A DNA stretch of 64,000 bases, taken from positions 310,001 through 374,000 of IMG/VR virus record IMGVR_UViG_3300030102_006934. One strand, written 5' to 3'. The translations under genes and the position numbers were made by a program. Each line of letters begins with the position of its first letter. Position 1 is the first letter of the stretch. A model generated the notes under the pieces. The model saw only the letters and a list, made by a program, of their open reading frames with translations. It did no database searches and was not told where the DNA came from. This document shows, one piece after another, positions 28,678 to 38,897 of the stretch.

Positions 28678-29172
28678 ATGAATATGAAAAAAAGAGTCGT
28701 AAAGTTTAATGAGTCGGATCTAGAAAAAATTGTTCAAAAAATACTAAAGGAAGAGGGTGAAGAAAGAAGTTCACGTTATATGTTCTTTTCTAACTTAGAA
28801 CAAATTCATAGACAAGCAGCCATGTTGTTAGAGATGGATGAAGATATGTTGGAACAAATCTTAAATAACGGTCATGATTGGGCACAAGATCACATATCAG
28901 AAGCTAAAAATAACATGGACCAAGTATTTGATTTCATTATGAATAAAATCAAAGAACCCCAAAACGTTTCTGTTGATGAGGGTAGTAATTTAAAAAATAA
29001 TAACTTAATCTCAGAGAGTGGTAAAAACTGTGCAGACACAGAAAAGGGTTGTATTAGAAAAAGAAAGTCTGGTTGGGTTATTTTAAATAATAAAAAAGGT
29101 GGTGTTTGGAGAAAATGTGACTCCAAAAAACACTGTGAAGAAATATTAGATGCGTTTCACGCTAGTAAGTAG
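28678..29172 (+). CDS. Hypothetical protein with IVQKILKEE signal
   Basis: VKFNESDLEKIVQKILKEE; second Cys-containing module after LISE. Confidence 0.75.
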   Translation: MNMKKRVVKFNESDLEKIVQKILKEEGEERSSRYMFFSNLEQIHRQAAMLLEMDEDMLEQILNNGHDWAQDHISEAKNNMDQVFDFIMNKIKEPQNVSVDEGSNLKNNNLISESGKNCADTEKGCIRKRKSGWVILNNKKGGVWRKCDSKKHCEEILDAFHASK

Positions 29173-29174
29173 TT

Positions 29175-30236
29175 ATGGAAATTAAAGAAATTATATTAGA
29201 AGAGTTATTTCTTGAGGCTAAGAAGAAAAAGAAATCTAAAAAAAAGAAGAAAGCTAAAAGAGATGCTTGTTACCATAAAGTTAAGTCTAGATATGATGTT
29301 TGGCCTTCAGCTTATGCTTCAGGAGCCTTAGTAAAATGTAGAAAAGTTGGTGCAGCTAATTGGGGTAACTCAAAGAAAGAATCTGAAGAAATAGAAAACC
29401 ACAACTTAATCACTGAAAAAAAGAAAGGTAAAAGAAAGTTAACTAAAAAGGCTAGTTCAGAATCAAACTTAGGTGATTGGTTCAAAAGAAAAGGAGCTAA
29501 AGGTTCTTCTGGTGGTTGGGTTGATTGTAATGCTCCTGACGGTAAAGGTGGTTATAAATCATGTGGTAGAAAAGAAGGTGAAAAAAGAGCTAAATACCCA
29601 GCTTGTAGACCTACACCTGGAGCATGTAAAGATAAGGGTAAAGGTAAGTCTTGGGGTAAGAAAGCTAAGAAAGAATCTATATCTGAAAGTTTACAATATC
29701 ACATAGACCGTAATATACCTTTAGTGGAAAACATTTATAGATATGGTTCAGAAGGATTCTTTAACCTTATTAATGAAACTAGAGAATTATATAAAAAAGG
29801 TGAGATAGATTTATGTTTAGCTGATAAAGAATTACTCCAAACCAATATAGGCGAGAAAGCTATGTTTGAAGGTAAAGAGGTTTGGTTAGACATCCCAATG
29901 GAAAACACAGAAGTATTATTTGAGGATGATAAGTTTAAAGGTAAAAAGTCTGGTTCCCCAACTAGAGATACTTCTGGTGGTAAAGCTTATAAAGTTTATG
30001 TTGCTGGTTGTTCAAAGAAAACAGATTCAAATCCAAGAGGAATTAAATTAGTTAGATTTGGTTCTGGTGGTTTAAAAGCTAAGTTAAGTAACAAAGAAGC
30101 TAAAAAGTCTTACAACGCTAGACACGGTTGTTCAGAAGGAAGACATAACGATAAGTGTAAGGCTGGTTATTGGTCTTGTAGATTACCACGTTACGCTAAA
30201 AAATTAGGTTTGTCTGGTGGTGGAACTTGGTGGTAA
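29175..30236 (+). CDS. Highly basic multi-module phage protein
   Basis: WPSAYASGALVKCRK; WFK..WVDC..YPACRP; VRFG..ARHGC..AGYWSCR; modules separated by LITE, ISE, LFE. Confidence 0.75.
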   Translation: MEIKEIILEELFLEAKKKKKSKKKKKAKRDACYHKVKSRYDVWPSAYASGALVKCRKVGAANWGNSKKESEEIENHNLITEKKKGKRKLTKKASSESNLGDWFKRKGAKGSSGGWVDCNAPDGKGGYKSCGRKEGEKRAKYPACRPTPGACKDKGKGKSWGKKAKKESISESLQYHIDRNIPLVENIYRYGSEGFFNLINETRELYKKGEIDLCLADKELLQTNIGEKAMFEGKEVWLDIPMENTEVLFEDDKFKGKKSGSPTRDTSGGKAYKVYVAGCSKKTDSNPRGIKLVRFGSGGLKAKLSNKEAKKSYNARHGCSEGRHNDKCKAGYWSCRLPRYAKKLGLSGGGTWW

Positions 30237-30636
30237 AATAGAGTGCCCAATATGTGATTGGGATTGGGAATTAGAATCTGATGATGATAGACCTACATTA
30301 TGTCATAAATGTGGATATGATTCGGATATAAAAGAGTTTGATATGAAAGCTTTAAAAAAATGGGAAAAAGAAAACCAACTACCATTTCAAGAACAAAAAG
30401 AAGAAAGATATATAGTTAGAACTTTTTCCGAATCGACAGAGGATACGGAATTGGTTTGGCATAGAGATAAGGAAGATAGGATAGTTAAAAGTTTAGGTAA
30501 CACTGATTGGTCGATTCAATTGGATAATGAACTTCCTAGACCTTTAACAGAAATGATTTACATCCCTAAGAATAGTTACCATAGAGTTATTAAGGGTACG
30601 GGTGATTTAAAAGTGAGAATTAACAAATTATCATGA
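30217..30636 (+). CDS. Zn-ribbon plus cupin-like protein
   Basis: CPIC...CHKC; WHRD...YHRVIKG. Confidence 0.65.
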   Translation: MVELGGKIECPICDWDWELESDDDRPTLCHKCGYDSDIKEFDMKALKKWEKENQLPFQEQKEERYIVRTFSESTEDTELVWHRDKEDRIVKSLGNTDWSIQLDNELPRPLTEMIYIPKNSYHRVIKGTGDLKVRINKLS

Positions 30637-31472
30637 AAACAATAAATGAGGAAATAAATAGGATTAAACAGATAATGGGACTTCTAAATGAAGAAGGAAA
30701 ACAGTATGGTACAATACTGATATTTGGACCTCAAGGTGTTGGTAAATCCACAATCACAAAACCATTAAGTAAAAAACTTGGGATGGAAGTTATTGGTACT
30801 GATGATTTTATTAATCAAGGTGACTGGCAAAGTCAAGAAACGAAAAAGAAAGGCTGGGAAAAAAGAAAAGAAAATGAGTTTACAGGTATGGTCAGTTTTT
30901 TAAAAAACAATTTAGGTAAACCAGTTATTTTAGATGTAGGTGGTAGTCATGGTGTGTGGGAAAAAGACCATTTAATAGAAATTATGAAATTAATATCAGA
31001 TTATCCTAATAGATTTTTATTGTTACCCTCAAAAGATATGGGAAAATCAAAAGAATTTTTAAGACGTAATATGTTAAACAGAGAAAAAGGGATGGAAGGT
31101 GCTATTAAATACTGGGAAGCGTTATTAAAACAAGACGACAATTTCTCTAAAAACTTTAATGGTGAAGATAAAGTGGACTGGGACAAAAGAATGGAACGTG
31201 TAAAAAGTGGTGATGAAAGTGAAGCCAAATTTTGGATTAATAAAATGCAAACGAGACTAGATTTAATTAAGTCAGGAAAAGTAACATGGGATGAATTTGA
31301 TATTAACGATGATAAAACTTTAATCAAAAAATCAGACCCCACCTATTTTGAAGATTATACTCAGTATTTCATAGAAAACATGAAAAAGTCTGGGATTGGG
31401 AATCATGTGATTTATAATTTAGGTAAAGAACAAGAATCATTAGTTGATGAAATAATAAGCAAATTAAAATAA
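30633..31472 (+). CDS. P-loop kinase (shikimate/NMP kinase-like)
   Basis: GPQGVGKST, TDDF, ILDVGG. Confidence 0.75.
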   Translation: MKTINEEINRIKQIMGLLNEEGKQYGTILIFGPQGVGKSTITKPLSKKLGMEVIGTDDFINQGDWQSQETKKKGWEKRKENEFTGMVSFLKNNLGKPVILDVGGSHGVWEKDHLIEIMKLISDYPNRFLLLPSKDMGKSKEFLRRNMLNREKGMEGAIKYWEALLKQDDNFSKNFNGEDKVDWDKRMERVKSGDESEAKFWINKMQTRLDLIKSGKVTWDEFDINDDKTLIKKSDPTYFEDYTQYFIENMKKSGIGNHVIYNLGKEQESLVDEIISKLK

Positions 31473-31897
31473 TGAAAAATTTAATTAAAAAAGTATTGAA
31501 GGAGTCGATTGGTGGTAATTATTTTTATTTAATAACTACTAAAGATGGTAAGTATTATTTCAACGAAGGTTATGAAACTTTTGATGCTAAACACGAATTA
31601 GTCCCACTAGATGGTACACTTGATTATGATGAGTTGGATAGACTACATCAACCAAGTCGAGGAGGTGGTTATCTCTATCAATCAAGAGAAAGAGCTGAAA
31701 AATCTTTAAAAGCTAAAATAAAATGGTATGAAAAAATTAGAACTGAAATGGAAGATGAGAATTATCAGCAGGATGAGTTTTTCGATAAACCAAGAAGAGC
31801 TTTGATTAATCAAATGGAGGACTTAGGTTATACATGGGATGATTTAGAAGTTAAAGAATATTATTTAGGTTTAATACCAGCAACAACAAGTATATGA
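31472..31897 (+). CDS. Hypothetical protein with LIKKVLKES signal
   Basis: ORF track. Confidence 0.7.
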   Translation: MKNLIKKVLKESIGGNYFYLITTKDGKYYFNEGYETFDAKHELVPLDGTLDYDELDRLHQPSRGGGYLYQSRERAEKSLKAKIKWYEKIRTEMEDENYQQDEFFDKPRRALINQMEDLGYTWDDLEVKEYYLGLIPATTSI

Positions 31898-32226
31898 AAA
31901 ACTTAATTAGACATATATTATTAGAAGAAGCTAGTAAAGTAGAATACCAAGTAAGGGATATTGGTGGTCCTACTTACTATAAACGCCATAAAGGAGAAAA
32001 ATGGACTTTTACAGATGAAGTAGATTTTTTCAAAAACTCTAATAGAAACAATCTAGTTAAATGGGTAGAAAAGAAGCCGAAAAAAGGACCATTCGTTAGA
32101 CAAGTAGAGGTTCCCCAAGAAGATACTGATACTTTGAAATATTTAAAGGTATACTACCAAAATTTATCCCCTAATGATTATTCGGTGAAAATTCAAGGTG
32201 AAGAAATTATTATTAAAGCAAAATGA
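31894..32226 (+). CDS. Hypothetical protein with LIRHILLEE signal
   Basis: ORF track. Confidence 0.7.
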   Translation: MKNLIRHILLEEASKVEYQVRDIGGPTYYKRHKGEKWTFTDEVDFFKNSNRNNLVKWVEKKPKKGPFVRQVEVPQEDTDTLKYLKVYYQNLSPNDYSVKIQGEEIIIKAK

Positions 32227-33911
32227 AAAATTTAATTAAAAATATTTTGAGGAGATCAGATATAGATACATCTATTACTGAAGTTTACAATATATTCGAA
32301 GAAGAAGAGTTTGACCCATTTGGGTATATCACAGACCAAGGTGATGAGGATTTAGAAGCTATGGAATTAGGTGTGGATTTTGAGAAAGATTGTGTTTTAG
32401 GTTTTTCAAAAAACAACGCAAAATTAGAGTGGCCTTATTTTTCTTTACCAGCTGGATATACATGTCCTTTTGCGACTGTTTGTAAAAACTTCCCCGCGAG
32501 ATGGGAAGGGCCCACTAAGGGTGGTAAATTTAAAAAACCTTCTTCTTGGGACAAGAATGTTAAAGCAGGACCAAAAGCTGAGATGATGTGTTACGCGGCA
32601 AGAGCTCAAGGACAATACCCAGGGGCTAACGTACAAGCTTTTAAGAATTTGGATTTGATTAAAAAAATGAAAACCAAAGAAAAGATGGCTGATTTGATAG
32701 TTAAATCAATGAAGTATCATAATTTAGATAATACTGACGTATTAAGAATACATGAGGCTGGTGACTTCTTCAACCAAGAATATTTTGACGCTTGGGTTGA
32801 AGTAGCTGAAAGATTGCCTAATACATTATTTTATGCGTATACAGTCTCACTACCATATTATATGTCTAGAAAAAACAGTTTACCTAAGAATTTTAAGGTA
32901 ATAGCCTCAATGGATAAAAACAATGAGGATTTCATTTTAGATAACAATTTAAGATACTCAAGAGTGGTTAATTCAACAGAAGAAGCAAAAGAACTAGGAT
33001 TACCAATAGATGTGGATGATTCTTTAGCTTTGGGTACTGATGATAATTTTGCTCTAATAATACATGGTGGCCAACCTAAAGGCTCTGAAGCTGCTAAAGC
33101 TTTAAAAAAGAATAGAGAGTCTGGTTTGTATGATAAAATAAAAAAAATGAAAAAGATGAATCAAACTAAAAAAAACACTCTAAGAGATAAAATAAGAAAA
33201 GAGTTAAGGAATGAAGATTTAGAGTATTGGGGTGTTAAGGGTAATAAAATGGGTCCTTTAAAGGAAGATGATTTTTCGTGGACTAATAATAGTAACCTTG
33301 ATGGTATCATTTTTAGGACAAAAGAAAGACCAGATTTAACCTATATTATTAAAGATAATGGTAACCCCACTGTTAGTATATATAAACAAGGTGGTGGGTT
33401 TATTAATTCTATTGTAAGAGACTATGTTAAATCACAATTTAAAACAAATGGATGGTACGTAATAGAAGATGATAAATTAATTCATGAGGTGGACTCTGAT
33501 TTTGGTTCAGAAGATGACGAAATCACATCATTAAAAGGTCACCGTGATTACACTGATTGGGTGTTTATACATAGAAACCTAAATAGACCACCATATTATT
33601 CAATTAAGGCTGGTAAGAGTGGTGGACCAGTTATTGGTTACGATACTGACATCCATTTGAAAGATGTACAATTTAAAGTACAAAAGGGTGGTATGAATAG
33701 AGTAAGGAAAGAAAAAAGAAAAAATGTACACGCTGGTGTTGTGGGTAAAATAATTAGTTCTGGTGGTGAGTACAACACAGATGGTTGGGTTTTAATAACT
33801 TACAACCCATATAAACATGATTCTTTTGTTGAATATGAAACAGAAGAGCCTATATTTAAGGCAGATGAAGTTATACTAAAAAATGAAAGGGAGGTTTGGG
33901 CTAAAAAATGA
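32223..33911 (+). CDS. Gene product 88 (GP88)-like domain fused to two further modules
   Basis: FSLPAGYTCP...CYA...RIHEAGDFF...FYAYT; LKEDDFSW module; C-terminal HRNL...RVRKEKRKNVHA...YNPY domain. Confidence 0.7.
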   Translation: MKNLIKNILRRSDIDTSITEVYNIFEEEEFDPFGYITDQGDEDLEAMELGVDFEKDCVLGFSKNNAKLEWPYFSLPAGYTCPFATVCKNFPARWEGPTKGGKFKKPSSWDKNVKAGPKAEMMCYAARAQGQYPGANVQAFKNLDLIKKMKTKEKMADLIVKSMKYHNLDNTDVLRIHEAGDFFNQEYFDAWVEVAERLPNTLFYAYTVSLPYYMSRKNSLPKNFKVIASMDKNNEDFILDNNLRYSRVVNSTEEAKELGLPIDVDDSLALGTDDNFALIIHGGQPKGSEAAKALKKNRESGLYDKIKKMKKMNQTKKNTLRDKIRKELRNEDLEYWGVKGNKMGPLKEDDFSWTNNSNLDGIIFRTKERPDLTYIIKDNGNPTVSIYKQGGGFINSIVRDYVKSQFKTNGWYVIEDDKLIHEVDSDFGSEDDEITSLKGHRDYTDWVFIHRNLNRPPYYSIKAGKSGGPVIGYDTDIHLKDVQFKVQKGGMNRVRKEKRKNVHAGVVGKIISSGGEYNTDGWVLITYNPYKHDSFVEYETEEPIFKADEVILKNEREVWAKK

Positions 33912-33990
33912 TTGGAATGGTCTTCTTTCTATTCGTTTTTATTTTTTTGGTTACCTGTTCTATCATCGATGATAATATTAATAAGAAAAA

Positions 33991-35454
33991 ATGAAATTAA
34001 ACTTATCTAAAATACTAAATTCTACATTAATCCTTGAGGGTAGGTGGGAGGATGTAATTAAAAAGTATAATCCCCAAGGTAGTGATATAGAAGTAATAGA
34101 TTATCTATCAAGAGAAGATCCTTCTGGAAATAACAAATATTTAGACTGGATGACTAAAATTTGGATGGGTCACACCAAAGAACTACCCACAGATGAGGAA
34201 ATATTGAATTTGGTAAAAAACTTTCATCAGAACTTAAGTAGAATTAAAAACAAAGATATAAATAGTTATACCTCCTTTAAAGAATTAGGGGTGGTTGTTG
34301 ATGAGGCTGTGAGAAAAGCCTACACCAAGAAAGCTAAAAAGAATGTTATAAAAGTTTTCGAAAATGATGATATTTTAGTCTTAGCCCCTTTGAGTATTGA
34401 AGCTTCTTGTAAGTATGGTGCTGGTACTAAGTGGTGTATTGCGGCAACAAATAATCAAATGGTGGGTAACCCACATTTTGAAAGTTACACCAAACACTCT
34501 AGTTTTTATTTTTTGATAAATAAAAAAATGACAAAGGAAGAAAACCCAAGAGAATATAAATACGCTTTACAGTGGAAACGAAGCGGTGATGAATTTACAT
34601 GGTGGGATGCTCAAGATGATTCTCACAGTGTGGCTCCGAATTGGGTTACTGATGAAGTATTGGAAGCTATAAAACAAAATGGGGAAAAAGTTAATAGGGG
34701 TTTACTTAAGACAAAAATTAAAGACTTTTTAAACGCACCTAATATAGATGAGTATATTAAAATGAAAGATGTTCTTAATGAAAAAGAAAAAACCCAAGTC
34801 ATAGACACCCTCATAAAACAAGGTTTTAGTATTGATTACTTTCCGATATTTAAAGAAGATATAACAGAATCACAAATGAAAACTTTAATAGCTAAGTTTG
34901 TTAAAGTATATACTAAAAGTGAAAGGTTTAAGTTTAAAGATTTTAACTTGATAAAGGGTTATTTAAGTAAAGAACAACTTTTTAATATTTTAGAATCTCA
35001 TGTGAGTTTATTGGAAAATGATGAGGTTGTTAATTGGATGGATACTAATTTTTCCCATAAATATAAACACAACTTAGTTAATAAGATAGATGGAATAAAT
35101 AAAATTTCTAACAATTTAAATAATAAACTTATTTTAAAAAAATGGTCTATGACAGAAGAGGAGTTGGAAGAACAATTAGCGATATCTTATTATGCCTTTT
35201 TATCTTCTGGTGATTGGGATACTGGTCAAAGAGAAAATTTTATAGATTCTTTAGTTAAAATAGATAGGCTGGACCCAAGTTCACATAAGACCTTAAATAT
35301 GATGAAAATGAGAAAACAATTTCAACCAGCAACTAAATTGTACATGATTAAAACCAGTGAGGGATTACTAGACGATTATGTGGGTATGTCTGACGAAGAA
35401 ATAGATGACCCCATATTAGACTCTATAAAACAAAGAGCGATAGAAATTAGGTAA
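33991..35454 (+). CDS. YGAGTKWC-family phage protein
   Basis: Full-length paralog of 15102-16532. Confidence 0.8.
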   Translation: MKLNLSKILNSTLILEGRWEDVIKKYNPQGSDIEVIDYLSREDPSGNNKYLDWMTKIWMGHTKELPTDEEILNLVKNFHQNLSRIKNKDINSYTSFKELGVVVDEAVRKAYTKKAKKNVIKVFENDDILVLAPLSIEASCKYGAGTKWCIAATNNQMVGNPHFESYTKHSSFYFLINKKMTKEENPREYKYALQWKRSGDEFTWWDAQDDSHSVAPNWVTDEVLEAIKQNGEKVNRGLLKTKIKDFLNAPNIDEYIKMKDVLNEKEKTQVIDTLIKQGFSIDYFPIFKEDITESQMKTLIAKFVKVYTKSERFKFKDFNLIKGYLSKEQLFNILESHVSLLENDEVVNWMDTNFSHKYKHNLVNKIDGINKISNNLNNKLILKKWSMTEEELEEQLAISYYAFLSSGDWDTGQRENFIDSLVKIDRLDPSSHKTLNMMKMRKQFQPATKLYMIKTSEGLLDDYVGMSDEEIDDPILDSIKQRAIEIR

Positions 35455-35455
35455 A

Positions 35456-36220
35456 ATGAAAAACTTAATCAAAAAAATATTAAAAGAAGATTTTAATCCT
35501 GAAGATTTTGAATGGGTTAGAGAGATAGACCCATTGAACACCTTCAAGGAGTGGGTAGAATCAACTAGTTTAATAAAAAAAAATAATCCTAGTGGAAAAA
35601 CTGATAGACAATGGTTGAACCACATAGAAAGGACTAAAAATTGGGTTGAAGATTTTACAGATGAAACACATACATTATTAGAATATGTAGAAAATTTAAA
35701 CAGTTCAGCTGGTTTAGAACACACAAAAGATATGCTTGGTGCGATACATGATTATATAGGCACTGAAGATGGAAATAGTGAAGGTTATTATGTTGGTACT
35801 TATAGAGAAGGGGAAAGATATTTATGGATGTTTTTAAAATATTTTAGTCCATACGGTGAAAAATATAATCTAACACTAAAAGAGTTATTAGACATATCAC
35901 ATAAGTATTTTGAAAGTCGTGTTGACGCTGATATAGAAAAGTCAGAGTCATTAAGAGAATATAATGAAATTGAAAAAAGAAGTACCACTGAAATCACAAT
36001 ATCTTTATTAAATGAGGCAGCTGACCATTTCGCTAAAGGTTTAAGGTTAATTGAATCGGCGACACAATTTGCTTATGACTCAAACAACGAAGATTTAATT
36101 AGAGATTTGGAAGAACTAAGGATATCAATTCAAAGTGGGAGTGATAAGATGTGGGTTGAAAACCCAAACAGTATGAATATTGTTAATCGTATTAATGATA
36201 TAATCACTAAATATAGTTAA
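35456..36220 (+). CDS. DFEW-tag protein
   Basis: LIKKILKEDFNPEDFEWVRE. Confidence 0.75.
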   Translation: MKNLIKKILKEDFNPEDFEWVREIDPLNTFKEWVESTSLIKKNNPSGKTDRQWLNHIERTKNWVEDFTDETHTLLEYVENLNSSAGLEHTKDMLGAIHDYIGTEDGNSEGYYVGTYREGERYLWMFLKYFSPYGEKYNLTLKELLDISHKYFESRVDADIEKSESLREYNEIEKRSTTEITISLLNEAADHFAKGLRLIESATQFAYDSNNEDLIRDLEELRISIQSGSDKMWVENPNSMNIVNRINDIITKYS

Positions 36221-36787
36221 ATGAGAAAGTTAATTAAAAAGATATTGGTGGAATCTGATTGGGATTGGATTGAAAATGTTAAGTACGTAACATTGGAGTG
36301 GGGTGAAATACCAAAGAAAGGTGAAAAACTGATTTGTGTAGATGGTTATATTAACACCGAAGAATTATCTTATTATATACAAGGTGCGGATGAAGATGTG
36401 TGTGATAAACTAAATGGGGGTCACGGATATTATCCAAAAAAAGAAATAATAGTAGAAAAAACTACTTTAGATGAGTGTACAAATGGTGGTAGTAGAGTCA
36501 TAGTTTGGCCAAGAGTAACCCGAAGAATGCGTAATGAAAATGGTATTATGGGTGATGCGTTAGCGAGAATATCGACTCAACATAAAACGATTAATGAGTC
36601 TTACTTCGACTCCAATAAACTTTACAATAAAAGTTACATAGACAGTGTTACCAAAAACGCTGATAGAAATATAAAACGAATTGTTAATAACCTAGAAGTG
36701 GTTAAATGTAAAGATAAAAATAATAACTCAACTGAGTGTGTTAGAATACCAGAAGTGGTATTTGTTTATATAAATGGTAGATATTAA
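36221..36787 (+). CDS. DWDW-tag protein
   Basis: LIKKILVESDWDWIEN; second module after INES. Confidence 0.75.
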   Translation: MRKLIKKILVESDWDWIENVKYVTLEWGEIPKKGEKLICVDGYINTEELSYYIQGADEDVCDKLNGGHGYYPKKEIIVEKTTLDECTNGGSRVIVWPRVTRRMRNENGIMGDALARISTQHKTINESYFDSNKLYNKSYIDSVTKNADRNIKRIVNNLEVVKCKDKNNNSTECVRIPEVVFVYINGRY

Positions 36788-36789
36788 AA

Positions 36790-37125
36790 ATGAAACATTT
36801 AATTAGAAAAATACTAAATGAAGGTGATTTTGATTGGGTAGAAGATTCAAAAAGTCCTAATATACCCTTAAAAGACATATCTGACTGGGTATATGAAACT
36901 AGATATAAAATTGCTCCAGTCATGCAAAGTATAGATGAATTCAAAAAACAAAACTTTATCAAAGGTGGGTCTAATAATTCGAATACCACTAATTCAGAAG
37001 TACTAGAAGACGTTTTATATTCTATCACACAAATAGGTACTGAAATAAGTAATATATATGATAGTCTTGAACAAATAGACGAAGAACTTCACTCATTAAG
37101 TTTTGTAATTGAAGATGATGAATAA
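36790..37125 (+). CDS. DFDW-tag protein
   Basis: LIRKILNEGDFDWVED. Confidence 0.75.
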   Translation: MKHLIRKILNEGDFDWVEDSKSPNIPLKDISDWVYETRYKIAPVMQSIDEFKKQNFIKGGSNNSNTTNSEVLEDVLYSITQIGTEISNIYDSLEQIDEELHSLSFVIEDDE

Positions 37126-37816
37126 AAAAGACATATTATTGGAAATGGGTAGGTACGACTCCTTAACTAGAAGAATAAGTAATGATATTTTTAGTGAGAT
37201 AAAAAAATCAGAAGGAAAACTAGGTATTACTCGTATAGAACTTCCTTGGGATACAAAGAAAATTCCGGCATATAATCACGAATCTGGTCTTGTTATAGAA
37301 GTAGCTCTAGTAATTAATAGAACTGAGGATACAATACTTTATGGTAATAGGGAATTACCTTATTATGTGTTTACTTATTTAGCTGATGAGGATTCTATAG
37401 TTGTAGAGGTTAGCTTAGACGAATTGTATGGTAAAAGTTTTTATGAGGAGATTATCTACAAAATCAATGAAGATGTTAGACACGAAATAGAGCATTTACT
37501 ACAAGAGATGGGTGTGGGTGACAGAGAGGGTCTAGATTTAAAAAATTCTTCTAATTATGAAACCACTTTCGACCACCATAAAGATAAAGGTGAAGTAGCG
37601 GCCCTAGTACATGGATTTTATCGTAGAGCTAAACTAGAGAAAAAACCAATAGACGTTATAATGTTAGAGGACTTGAATAAAGATATCTTGGATGGTAGAA
37701 TAACAGTAGAAGAGGCAGATAAGTTAATACAACTATGGATTAAGTATTCAATGAATAATCTACCAAAAGCACAGTACACACCAAAAATTAAAAGACGTTT
37801 TATTTTCGAAAAGTAA
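37118..37816 (+). CDS. Putative zincin-like (HExxH) protein
   Basis: VRHEIEHLLQ...GEVAA. Confidence 0.55.
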   Translation: MNKKDILLEMGRYDSLTRRISNDIFSEIKKSEGKLGITRIELPWDTKKIPAYNHESGLVIEVALVINRTEDTILYGNRELPYYVFTYLADEDSIVVEVSLDELYGKSFYEEIIYKINEDVRHEIEHLLQEMGVGDREGLDLKNSSNYETTFDHHKDKGEVAALVHGFYRRAKLEKKPIDVIMLEDLNKDILDGRITVEEADKLIQLWIKYSMNNLPKAQYTPKIKRRFIFEK

Positions 37817-37892
37817 TTTTAGGCTTTAATTTATTAAATAAAAATACTATTATTTTAACAAATAAATTATTTAGTTTAAAAATAGTGTAATT

Positions 37893-38063
37893 ATGCCAAA
37901 ATCAAGAAATAGAAAAAATCATAAGAAAAAAGTAGAAGCTAGAAGAAAAAGAATGGATGCCAAAAAAAGAACTATGGAGAATCAGTTCAGAAAAATGGTT
38001 GAGCAAAGAATGAAAGAAATGAATGCTAATAACGATGAAAGTAAAGAACAAGAAAATGTCTAA
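37893..38063 (+). CDS. Small basic protein (56 aa, MPKSRNRKNHKKK...)
   Basis: Open frame read by eye; overlaps next start. Confidence 0.65.
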   Translation: MPKSRNRKNHKKKVEARRKRMDAKKRTMENQFRKMVEQRMKEMNANNDESKEQENV

Positions 38064-38694
38064 TAAAGAAAGTGATGTATTAGTTAGTGATTTAGTTTAT
38101 GACGGTTATCATAAAATAGAAGAAGTAGTTAGAAACTACGAAGGTAAAGAAATAAAAACTGAAGTTTTAAAAAAAGGCCAAAATGTATCAGCTGTTGTGT
38201 ACAATACTGAAAGTAAAGAGTACATTTTTATCGAAAAATACAAAGTATCTGCTGACGGTGTTACTGTTGAAATAATAAACGGTAACGTTGGTCAAAATGA
38301 AAAACCACAACAATCAATAAAAAGGTTGGTTACGGAGTTGACTGGTTATAAAGTAGAAACAGTAAAAGAAATAACTAACTATTACATGGACACCAATAAT
38401 TCAGATGAGATTTGTTCTTTATACTATATTGAGGTTAATGAATTAGTTGTGGATGATTTGGAGTTTGAGGATTATAAATTAATTAAAGTTGAAAAACTAG
38501 GTTTGGGTGGTAAGCTATTTGTAGAAGACCCTATGAACATGATGAGTTTTAATACAGAAGAAGATAAAAAAGTAAAACCACCATATCAAACTATTGACGC
38601 AAAATCTTTAATAGCTGTTATGTGGGTTGAAAACAACAACATTTTAAAAGATGTTGCAGAACTTATAACTAACGCTAAAATAAGAAGTTTATGA
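38056..38694 (+). CDS. Nudix (ADP-ribose pyrophosphatase-like) protein with degenerate Nudix box
   Basis: GNVGQNEKPQQSIKRLVTELTGY; IDAKSLIA. Confidence 0.65.
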   Translation: MSNKESDVLVSDLVYDGYHKIEEVVRNYEGKEIKTEVLKKGQNVSAVVYNTESKEYIFIEKYKVSADGVTVEIINGNVGQNEKPQQSIKRLVTELTGYKVETVKEITNYYMDTNNSDEICSLYYIEVNELVVDDLEFEDYKLIKVEKLGLGGKLFVEDPMNMMSFNTEEDKKVKPPYQTIDAKSLIAVMWVENNNILKDVAELITNAKIRSL

Positions 38695-38897
38695 TGAACG
38701 AAAAAATAGTGGATGCTTTAAGGACAAAGTATCAATACGACATGAAAAAATCAGTATCTTTAATAGATTCTGAATTAAACAACCCAACCACTGAGACTAT
38801 AATTAATGTAGACCGTTTAATTGGTGAGTTTTATGAAGCTAAAGAAAAAGCTTCCTACTTGGAGGCTATCATTAAGAATTTAAAGGGGGAAGAGTAA
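38691..38897 (+). CDS. Hypothetical protein
   Basis: ORF track. Confidence 0.65.
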   Translation: MMNEKIVDALRTKYQYDMKKSVSLIDSELNNPTTETIINVDRLIGEFYEAKEKASYLEAIIKNLKGEE

